From: Phoronis australis
Lineage: Eukaryota > Animalia > Phoronida
Assembly: GCA_002633005.1 (NCBI GenBank)
Contig: NMRA01000259.1
Span: 32,157 to 96,156, forward strand
Direction: 5' to 3'
Length of the DNA stretch: 64,000 nucleotides
Shown here: positions 48,501 to 58,046 of the stretch, in pieces
Layout of the letters: each line of letters opens with the position of its first letter
Numbering within the stretch: position 1 is the stretch's first letter
Made by a program: the position numbers and the translations under genes
The notes under the pieces: model-generated
What the model saw: the letters and a program-made list of their open reading frames with translations, nothing else
What the model was told of the DNA's origin: nothing
The model's database searches: none

Positions 48501-51500
48501 TAGCTTAGCAGCCATTGTTTAGAACATTAAGTAACAACTGAACAAAAAATCGCCAACTCCCGACACCATGTAATGGCTTGTGGAGAGAGGAGTGAAGAAG
48601 ACGTCTTTACTTGAACACTACATTATTGAGAACTGACTAACTACTGTACTACAACATGTTTTTGCAATACACAAGACCACATGGATATGAGTCACATTAA
48701 ACTGTTTGGCAAGACTTATATAATAACCATTCTAACTAATTGTGTCATATAAGGTAAGTGTAGTTCCAACGAATTCGGTGATATTTCGATTGACGGGAGG
48801 TGATGAACGACTTGGTCAGTTCTTTCACTATGAGATTAGTTAATGTGGCGTCTCTTGACCACATCCCGGTGATGATTGATATGAAACGCCTCAAAGGGAA
48901 CATGGAACACCTCGGGTATATTCGTAGTGCAAGTTGAGGAGTATCACTGAAAACTGGTGACGACCTTCGATGGGACGCTGAAAGTTATGGCGGTTGCACC
49001 AGCGCGGTGCACCCTCACGTTTCCGGCTTCCCTGACGACGCCCAATCATTCCTCTTCCCAGTCGTGACTCCGAAACTTGGCCAATTCCTTCCCGATCGTA
49101 CAGATTTGCCCTATATAGTGCTCCCGAGTGTAGCCAAGGAAAATCTGCTCTTCTTAGAAATGCAAGAAATGGTGAAATATTACGAACTAATATGGCTTTT
49201 TCTTGTAAAGGACTCGCTAGAAATAACCCTGTGAAAAACGGCCCAGGGTCAGTTTTAAAGGTTAACAGCGATGAAAACCTCCCTGGCGGAAAGTTTTCAC
49301 TTGGTCGAATTTATCTGTTGTCAGTCTATTTGTCACTCGACACACCGTGACTTGCCTTTGCACTAACCTGAACTCTTTAGCCAGCTGTAAACTCGTGAAT
49401 TGTGGTTAAAGGCGAAGGCAACCTTTTCCATGTCATTTCTAGCAAAAATAAGGTTCGTTGATTATCCTAGACATATTTTTCACTTAATTACACATTTTCG
49501 TAATTTGGTTGATTACTCTCCATCTACTCCGGAAGTGACGTTTTGGGAGGCAAGAATTTCGCGCCAATTTCTTTTCATATAGTCTGACTGTGAGAGCTGT
49601 CGAGTCAGTCATTGTTCTGCCTCAGTTGTGATAAGTTCGATCGTCGTTTGCTTTGTTTACGACTCAGTCAACATGCCACACATTTGCTGCGTAACGGGAT
49701 GCACTCATTATTGTTTCACGCGCGCCTTCGGAGTACCTTTGCATCGCTTTCCGAAAGATGACACACTTCCCCGTCTTGGCTGGTTGGTGTGAAGAACGCA
49801 GTGTTACCCGTCCACGCAACGTAGAAAGCAGTGGAGGGTTACTGAGTGTGTGGCATGGATTTTCTGACGCCAGATTACGAGAAAGATATGTACGCTGAAT
49901 TGATGAAGGTCCCTGCGAAACAGCAACTGAACAAGGGTGCCATACCGTCGATGTTTATTCCCAGCAGTGCCCCGTCGCCACCCTCGAGAAGTGCGTTTTT
50001 GAAGCTAGAAGCCTCGCGAGTTGTGGTCACTACAGTGACTGGAGGCACTTCATCTACTGTCATCCGTGACTCCGAACGTACCACAGAGCGTGCAATTCCG
50101 GAAACTAGCAGTGATTCGCTATGTGCTGTTGTCTCTAGCCTGTAAGCAGCCCTGCAGGGATGTTGAGTAGTGGGAGTGAAAACAGGCCCAGTTCGACACC
50201 CAGTGAAGAGGACAGTTCGTCGTCCAATGAACAGATCGGTGAGCCAAACGTTGATAAGTTTATTGTGGACTTGTCTAAAGTGTTGGAGCTATTTAAAAGG
50301 TGCCAGGTGTGTGACGAGGGAGTCACACGGCTGGATGTAAGCCGTTTGGGTGCACAGGTCACCATCCAGTGGTAACAGCATAGACATTCCATTGAGGTCG
50401 GTACAACAATGCACAAATTGCATTTGCACCAAGACATCCCACCACGTCTGTCCTCAGTCTCTGCCTCATCTCTCTCAACAGCTGTCTGTATTCTACCTTA
50501 CTATACTCGGGCTCAAACATATATCCACCCACTGCTACTACAAGCTAAAAAATTCCCAAATCCAATGTAACTGAGTTCTCTAACAACCTAGCTTGTCGTA
50601 GAATACTTGTCGATGGGAAGTGGTGACAACAGTTTTAGGAAACCAGCACGAAAACAACAGTAGCACAGATCCTCACAGTAACTCGAACGCACTAGAAACG
50701 AAATGGCGGGAAATTCTTAACCCGCTAAACGTCACTTCCGGAGTAGTGAACGACTAATTAATAAAATTACGTGAAGCCGTAATTAACTGAAGCATATGTT
50801 TGGGATAATCAACGAACCGTATTTTTATTAAAAATGATATGAAAAAGGGTTGCCTTACCCTTTAAGTCTTACGCACCTTTGAATCCAACTTGCTGCTAAG
50901 CCGCGTCTTGTAAGCACCCGCCATTACGTTTTGTCGAAAGTATGCGATGTCGCTGAGTTCCAAATTAAGGAGGTTCTTCAATAAAATGAGTCCTTCATCG
51001 AAATATTCTGCAATTATCACCAAGTCAAACCTGTCGATAATTTGTTTTATTTTAGAATTTATTTTTGCCGTGTCGTTCCTGTGTTTGTAGTCTAGGCCGA
51101 AGTCAAATAGCATGGGATTACGTAAAGGAATTAGCGAGGTGCAATTTTTGTTTTGAATTGCCTCCTTGCTGGACATCAAAAATGCCTGAAACCATGTGGC
51201 GTTGCAAATTTGTCTAGCAGACGTCCCGTAGAAATCAAAAAATGACTTGGTTACCCTCACGGGATCTCTGACTATGGTGACGTAAGTCGTTCTTCGTTTG
51301 GGGAAGATTGTTTCCATCATGAGCACATTGAAGCGCGTGTGATGTAACAAAATGTCGAAGTGGTTGTCTCCGTTCCCCAGAGGTTCGATCATGTTCGCTG
51401 TTAACGTGAATCCAAAGTTGTACATATTGCGCGGACTTGCAAAACGCAAGTTGCGTGTTTGGCCATATCTGAAGAAAATATTTTGAAGTGTACAGCTTGC

Positions 51501-51671
51501 CGTTTTATGTGTCTTCAAGAACATAACTGCTCGCTTTTCGCCGCCATGTCTGTCATCTGGGTTGGGTTTTCGTACATATAAAACAAGAAAAAAGACTATC
51601 AGGTCTGCTAAAACTAAACCAAGTAAATGCTTTTGTTTGAGCCATTTCATGGCAACTCTTTTCACGTGCAT
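42596..51671 (-). CDS. Galactose-3-O-sulfotransferase (GAL3ST/cerebroside sulfotransferase family), 2 coding exons, ~383 aa
   Basis: Exon 1 is 51671 (or ATG at 51650) to 50877, with an N-terminal TM segment, 5'-PSB motif FLKTHKTASCTLQNIFFRYG, HHTRFN, TIVRDP, RNPMLFDFGL and FDLVIIAEYFDEGLILLK; donor AAG|GTGCGT. Exon 2 is 42952-42596 after acceptor TTTCAG, reading IRQLNQGDQMLYD...CIRLARTEMAY. The phase-0 join LDSK|IRQLN restores the family C-terminal pattern. Confidence 0.88.
43448..43885. mobile_element. Non-autonomous TIR element with internal ~21-bp tandem repeats
   Basis: TACGGTGGCCCGAAAGTATC...GATACTTTCGGGCCTTAGTA inverted ends; ATTTxCAyCxGGxTGAA-type units at ~43640-43830. Confidence 0.65.
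44354..48768 (-). mobile_element. Decayed Ty3/Gypsy LTR retrotransposon
   Basis: LTRs 44354-44583 (TGTAAT...ATTACA) and 48569-48768 (outer end missing). PBS TGGTGTCGGGAG next to the 5' LTR; purine tract next to the 3' LTR. Gag from ATG 48515 with CxxCx4H knuckles, protease (IDTFA), RT (VMDDILIHG), RNase H (VDAS...AYASRALT...QIEKEMLA) and integrase HHCC (HQSHTG...CAAC) in Gypsy order. Many stops and frameshifts; integrase core largely deleted. Confidence 0.95.
49410..50861 (+). mobile_element. Kolobok-like DNA transposon derivative with a decayed THAP-domain ORF
   Basis: TTAA|AGG...CCT|TTAA ends (TTAA at 49406-49409 and 50862-50865) and ~160-bp imperfect TIRs. From ATG 49673 it reads MPHICCVTGC...LHRFPKD...VCGMDF...LNKGAIPSMF (THAP), then KFIVDLSKVLELFKRCQVC. 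Frameshifted; no DDE core visible. Confidence 0.8.
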
Positions 51672-51827
51672 GGATGTCAGATGCGAAATGCAGATTCATT
51701 ATCTCTTTACGGATAACGAAAGCATGCGTGCGCATAGTTGAGTATAGATTTGGCAGGAATATTTTAAAAATCTAGCATTGCGCGAGGGGTGATTTCGCGA
51801 TGAATATAATATAGACTTTCCGGCATC

Positions 51828-51983
51828 CAGTGCTGTAGTGGGGCGTAGGCGCACGTAGGCGCAGCCAACCACCTTTTTGTATTTGAACGTAGCGCCTACG
51901 CACCGTAACATTGGTTCAGTGCTCAAGGTGATACGATGGGCTTTAAGCGGTTACTTACCTCTAATTTTACCACTACAGCACTG
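51828..51983. mobile_element. hAT-type MITE family B, inverted copy just upstream of the sulfotransferase ATG
   Basis: CAGTGCTGTAGTGG...CCACTACAGCACTG; flanks CCGGCATC/CCGACATC. Confidence 0.85.
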
Positions 51984-52904
51984 CCGACATCTCCTTTGCG
52001 CAGCTTAACTTGACGGAAGGGGGATCTATATACACACAATGACTCTCGAGCTCCTTTTTCCTGAAATGAGACGGAACTTGTTATCCCAGAAATGAGTATG
52101 CGCTGACGGTTACCCCCAAAACACGAACCTCAAACTCGGATGCAATGTGGTCTAGAGAGGCAACTCTCTGAATTATTGAGCGTTACCTTCTGCCAAACAT
52201 TCAAGCTTCGTGTGCTTAAGTGAGTGGTTATACGCCATTGCATACGGAAATCTTTAGTCGAATGATGACATAACGAAATGTTGTTGAGGTTGTACTTTTG
52301 TGGGTTATTTAAGTTGCTTTTAGTGTATTGGTAACAGCAACAACTCACCACGTTGAAGGTTCACTACTCTAAAGGTTAACTGATCCGAAAATATATGAAT
52401 TCCAGACTAAGGTGTAATTCTTTACTTCCATGTGCAAAAATACACGATACTCCAACATAGGTTCATTGCGGTGTGACAATACCGAAAACAACACTCGGGT
52501 ACGAATATACTTTGTTCGAGTTTCTTGTGCATGCGAAATTGGAATGTAAAACACGCTTTATGAATACCAAAAAATGAGTACTTACTTGCATTTGTAAAGA
52601 ATATGAAGTAGTAAAATTGATGAATTATTAACCACGATAAATTACCTAACCCATGTCAAGATCCCATCATTTCACAAACAGCTTATCCCCTGCACCTCAA
52701 CCTCATGCCCAGCAACGGAACCACGCGCATCAGTGGCCGGGTCGAAACTAAATGTAGTAGGCTACCCATTCCTTGCCAGTTCAATCGAGCCCTCAAACCC
52801 CTTGGCCATGGACCTGTAAAAAGGGACGTAATAGAATCGTCTGTTCCATAGATGCCGTGGTCTGCTTTATTTTCCGAAAGAAATTTGCATAATTACTGCT
52901 TAAC

Positions 52905-53061
52905 CAGGGGCGGATCCAGGATTTTGAGTTAGGGGGGCCAGGGCATATTATTAGCCAGGACATTGCCCGTCAGACATTCGCACCCCAACCTGCCAAATAG
53001 AATCTGGGAGAATTTTAAGTTGTGGGCATGCCCCCCTTGCCTCCCCCCAAATCTGCCAATG
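52905..53061. mobile_element. Small MITE (CAGGGGCGGATC-type ends)
   Basis: Degenerate TIR with 5-bp direct flank TTAAC on both sides. Confidence 0.5.
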
Positions 53062-55104
53062 TTAACGGAGAAGAAAATAATTCATTCCATTACGAAGAGT
53101 GTCTCTCGTCCGCAGTATAGAATCAGTTTCGTAGCCATGACAAATCTTAATGGCGTAATATTTGTGGTTGAATTCAATGCACGCTTATCAGAAATTTCCA
53201 CACCCGTACCCGGGTATCTTGTTTATGTTCTTTTTGTGCATCATAAGTTTGTGGTTTTTGTCGTACGTTACTTGCTGTTTTTGAGTGATTAATGTGCTTA
53301 ATAATTTATTGTACATAACTGTTATAATAGCAATTACTCTAAGGACCCGCTTTGCACAGTTTTGACGTTTTTGTTCCGTTGAATCTATTCATTTCAATTC
53401 ATTTATTTGGATAGAAGCGTTAATTGCATGAGCACATGTGCAATGGACACGGGCAGTGATTACATTGTTTTGAACGAACTGAAAATAGGAAACATGGAGT
53501 CGACAACTGTCACACGCATCTCAACATTCACACACCAATTCAATTATTATTAATGCATTGAAAACAATGCAAACTCTGTTTGGGAAATACTTTGGCTATC
53601 ATTTGGGAGCGCATAAACCGGCGTTGACGTACTGCGATGGGTAGTTGCGAAAAACACAGTTGGGACACATCGTTACGAAGACTCAGAAACGCAAAGCAAA
53701 TCAACTCCGAAGAGCTAATTAAACCTAACGAGAAATTCCTGCCAATCTGGTCACGGGAACGCCCAAGTAAACATCTTAATTAGTCCCACAAACATTAATT
53801 GTGAACGAAAGCGTTAAGACGGATTCACGATGAAATTTTAGTACCTGTAAAGCATATCATCGTAATAAAGAGAACGAGAGAGGAAGAGCACTTGTCTCTG
53901 ACTACAGCATGTAGTAGATTTCACGTTAATGAACATTATCCATGAACAGTTAGGGTGCGGCAACAGGCCGCGTTTTCTAGTGCCTAGAATTTATGTAAAG
54001 GGCGTTTGTGTGTTTTGGTGCCTGATTTGTGGAATGCGTTGAAAGGAGTTTTAAGGAAAGTTATTTGATTTGGATTTTAGCCGTGACCTACTTTTGATGC
54101 AAAATGGTGGCGGCAGTTTGCTTTCAACCCCTGTCGTCTGTTGTCTGAGAAACCGGGTGTGACTTCAGGTGGTTGCCAAACAGATCATAATTTCCAGAAA
54201 GGCAGCTAGTAAGGGCTGTACTATGACCACATTTTTAGAATCTAGGGAAAACGGGCATTCTGAATTTGTAGTCACAATTTTTCTAGCACTTGCAGGGAAG
54301 TGAAAATTTTGGGACATTATCGGCTATAAAAGGAATTTACCGAGATCGGTTTCAGAGCGGAGTGAACCTGGAATGCCTGCAATCAAAAGCTCTTCTGGCG
54401 GAGTTGAACACCACTAAATAAATTGCAAAGGATTGTATGCGAATGTAAATGGTAATTTCATCGGTCTTGATTTCAGAAAAGATCTCGAAGACGACGACGA
54501 GAATTGACGTGACTGTTTCATAGCTCTTGTAAATTTAATAACTTCGAAACTCCTGTTCCGTCCAGCAATAACCCCAAGCATGCGTTTACAACCGAAGTGT
54601 CGTGTTAAAGCTATTCTGAGATTTCGGGAATACGAACAACGCCGTTAGTGTTTCCATAAATCCATTTTTTGATATTCGTGTTTCAAAGTATTGTGTTGAA
54701 GATTTTGGGGCACCATAATACTCTCGAAAACAGACTGTAAAACAAACTGAATTTAAATTCTACTTTTAAATTTTATCGATTTTATCCTTTATTTTGTGTT
54801 ACGGAATGGCTATTTTTTGTTTTCTCCATCGAGGCATTTCAATACAGTCGAATTATGATACTTAGAAAGAAAAATAATCCGCGCAAAAGCATCCTGGGTT
54901 TTAAAAGAATCGCCAGTAGAGATTAAGCTAGGGATAACCAATTTTGTTCATAGTGACAATTACTATGGATTCCACGCACATTTTATTAGTATATCGTCGA
55001 GTGTAACAAATCGGCACGCGTTGATCACTCAAACAAACAAGTGTTGCGTGGTTTATTATAAATAAAGAAAAAAGTTTTTCATGGAGGCACTCCATAGTTT
55101 TCAG

Positions 55105-56340
55105 TCAATCATCCTTTTGACAGGACCAGCAGCAAAGCGAAATACGTCCTCCTGGAGGACAGCTGTTACTCGGCTGATTATGGCTCGATACGACAGATGA
55201 TCTTTGCTTTCTCATTATTTGTCGTCTGAGTCTTCTAAAAAAACTATTTCTCTTGTTGTTGCGCGTGGTTGTGACTGGTTCCACAACAGCATTCTCTGGC
55301 TTAAGGGATGGTGTTAGCACAGGTACAGGCGAACCAATGACTCCCCGCTTCATTTCATCCGGCCAGACAATGTCACCCTCTGCCAAACTGACTTTTTTAA
55401 ACTGCTTCTCGATTTGAGTTTGGTGTTGTCTGTCGCCTGGTTTCTTGTGCCCTCTTACAGATGACTGCGCACTGTTTAGCGCTTCTATATTTTGCTCGAA
55501 ATCTCCAAGATTTTCTTCGTTGTACCGAATATTTTTCTCGCAGGTTTCGGCTTCTTTCTCCGAGCATTGCAGTTGACATGTCTCTTTAGACATTGCCATC
55601 TGTACTGTGTGTGCAACTCCGTTAACATCACGTTTGTCTTTCTGCCATTGGTTTTCGTCGTCACCAAAGTCGCATTTTATCTCAGTATGGAGGTCGGTGG
55701 TTTTATAATGACCTTTAGACACCTCCTCACTTATTATTTTCTTCAATACAGAATCAACAAATTCGTTGACATCACTGTCATCTGCGTCACAATTTTGCTC
55801 GTTACTAATGTCGTTGCTTTTGTATTCAGCTTGCTGTTGTTCCTCAGCAACAATTGCTCCCAGCAAGGTGTCGACAAATTCGTTAACAATGCCGTCATCC
55901 AAACTACACTTTGTTTCGTTGCGAATGTCGCCGGTTACATTTTGAGCTCTCTTAAGCTCCTCAGCCACAATTGCTCTCAGTACAGAGTCGACGAATTCCG
56001 CGACCTCTCGCTCGTCCTTTTGTGGAAAGAGCGACGTTACGTTTTTCCTCTCGTCATTTCGACGATTCTCAGTATACACCTCTTCCTCACTATCCTTGCA
56101 CTTCTGTGTGTGAAGGTCAAAACCTTTACATTCTTCTTTAGGCGCACTATTTTCTACTTCCACATCATCTACTAGAACTTCCACAGCAAGAGATACCAGT
56201 CTTTGGATCACGACGGAAGCTATTATCAACATCCAAACTACTTCCAGGATTTGCTCAAGTACGTCATAAAACGAGAACATTATCTCGTGTAAAAACGTCC
56301 AGCAACCGACAGACACCGCGAACAATGTCTGCAGGACCAT
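55105..56340 (-). CDS. Intronless uncharacterised 411-aa protein: hydrophobic N-terminus, three 39-aa repeats, basic and Cys-containing C-terminus (AKAP-like candidate)
   Basis: Uninterrupted 1236-nt ORF in AT-rich DNA from the first ATG at 56340. The internal repeats keep the reading frame. Minus-strand AATAAA lies at 55052-55057, ~50 nt after the stop. No family recognised with certainty. Confidence 0.7.
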   Translation of the reverse strand: MVLQTLFAVSVGCWTFLHEIMFSFYDVLEQILEVVWMLIIASVVIQRLVSLAVEVLVDDVEVENSAPKEECKGFDLHTQKCKDSEEEVYTENRRNDERKNVTSLFPQKDEREVAEFVDSVLRAIVAEELKRAQNVTGDIRNETKCSLDDGIVNEFVDTLLGAIVAEEQQQAEYKSNDISNEQNCDADDSDVNEFVDSVLKKIISEEVSKGHYKTTDLHTEIKCDFGDDENQWQKDKRDVNGVAHTVQMAMSKETCQLQCSEKEAETCEKNIRYNEENLGDFEQNIEALNSAQSSVRGHKKPGDRQHQTQIEKQFKKVSLAEGDIVWPDEMKRGVIGSPVPVLTPSLKPENAVVEPVTTTRNNKRNSFFRRLRRQIMRKQRSSVVSSHNQPSNSCPPGGRISLCCWSCQKDD

Positions 56341-56378
56341 TTCGTACACTGCACGATGCTAAACTCACTGCATAAAGT

Positions 56379-56478
56379 ACGTCACCGATTGAACGAGTCG
56401 TTGATGACGTGTTCAATTAATGACGACATACGAACATTGAAAATTTAAAAAAGACGTATCAGTTTACGACACTGACGT
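56379..56478. promoter_or_regulatory. Cluster of four TGACG half-CRE motifs upstream of the 411-aa ORF
   Basis: ACGTCA 56379, TGACGT 56405, TGACG 56421 and TGACGT 56473, all within 140 nt of the ATG. Function unproven. Confidence 0.35.
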
Positions 56479-57373
56479 TGAAATGTGGATCAATCGTTGC
56501 ATTGCAGTGTCCGTTTCTTGTAGTGGCGGGAACCACTTGTTACACAGACCTATACTAATTCAGACGTTGCCTCTGCGTTCAATGCTCTGTATTTGAGACA
56601 GCCTTCGAAAGTCAACCAAAAAATAAAAACAGCTCCAAAACTCTTTTTACCTTGGCAGTCACCCTACAACACGACAAGAGGATGCTTTCCATATGTTTTA
56701 GTACCTTTTTCGCTTACAGTGTATTTTTGCTGTTCATTTGCCCTTTCGCTTTGCTTTTGAAGCAGATGTTTCGATGTCAGCATCACCACCAGTCTTGTCT
56801 CTAAGCAAATAAACAATGCATGAGCACATTTATGACGCCCTGAATTAATATCCGAATTGCGTCAATATCTTTGAGAAAGATTCTAGATATGAAAAACCGT
56901 CTGATATACTTCTTAATATCGGGAAGCGGATGATTGAGATATTCCCAATTTCAGCTTGCATTTAAGTTCATTGAATTAATCATCATTCATTCTCACAAAA
57001 CTCTTAAAAGATGAGATTGTAACTGTCAAAACTAATCTATGAGTCAGTCGAAAGTCGTAGAATAAATGCACATGTAAACAAGCAACCAACAAATTTGTTG
57101 TTTATCAAAACAGAATATTAAACCAATACTCGAAGTTGTGCTCGCAGATTTTTTTTGTGGGCAACAGGGGGAACATGGAGGACACGGCATCTCACGACGT
57201 TTGGGATTTCGCTCAGAAATTTTCGGAATTTATTCGTATTTTGGTTCATCCTACAGTTGGCTGTTACGATTTATGAGATAAACTCGAGCTTAAAAATCGC
57301 TGAAATATTTGTTTATGACAGTCAGAACATTTACTGTACATTACTTTAAGTACCTTAATCTGTCAGACATGTT

Positions 57374-57774
57374 CACTGTCACGGGTAAGAAACAACATGA
57401 CCGCTGGACCCAAAACATCACCGTAAGTCTTCCAAATCCGACTGACTCACCACAAAATAGGCCCTTTGTAGAAAAATAATCTGTCGCGCTCGATTCATAA
57501 GGTGCATAAGACCTGCACGTACACTGTAAGCCTACACCGTCAAATGACAGGTCATAAAACTTAGCCTGCCTGTCATTGCGGTCTAAAAATAATCCCCGGG
57601 TATCATGTTCAATCTCCGACGGTCCTGTGTTTTGGTGGAGCGGTCATGTGTTTAGGTGAGTCAGTCCCATTTTCTGCTATGGCGGTCCCATTTGATCCCC
57701 GTAGGTCCTGAATTGTGGTGAATCGGTCTGTTTTGGAGGACCGGCGGTCATGTTGTTTCTCACCCATGACTGTG
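57374..57774. mobile_element. MITE-like element with ~40-bp terminal inverted repeats
   Basis: GGGTAAGAAACAACATGACCGC at 57383 versus GCGGTCATGTTGTTTCTCACCC ending at 57765, plus internal partial repeats. No clear TSD. Confidence 0.6.
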
Positions 57775-58046
57775 CACGGTCATCAAAATTGGACCTCCCA
57801 CAATCTGATTGACATATGCAAAATTGAAGGTTAATTCTATCTTTGAGCGACCTTCCAAGAAGTGACATTCTGTAACAAGAAGCTGTGTGAATCAAAAAAC
57901 GGAGTACAGAAGTAATCAATTCCATCAGTGTGACTTCTCTTCGTGAGCAGCAAGTTTTTTCAATAAAAACACAAAATGGGTGACTGCATGGATGCCCACG
58001 ACGGATCCCTCAATACGAAAAGGTTTATTACTTCAATAAACAGAAA

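Noticed and set aside
50862-51671. Sulfotransferase as a transposon-truncated pseudogene
   Set aside because: A canonical donor precedes the insertion and an in-phase terminal exon exists at 42952-42596.
55492-56175. 227-aa plus-strand ORF
   Set aside because: Antisense shadow of the 411-aa ORF with no independent features.
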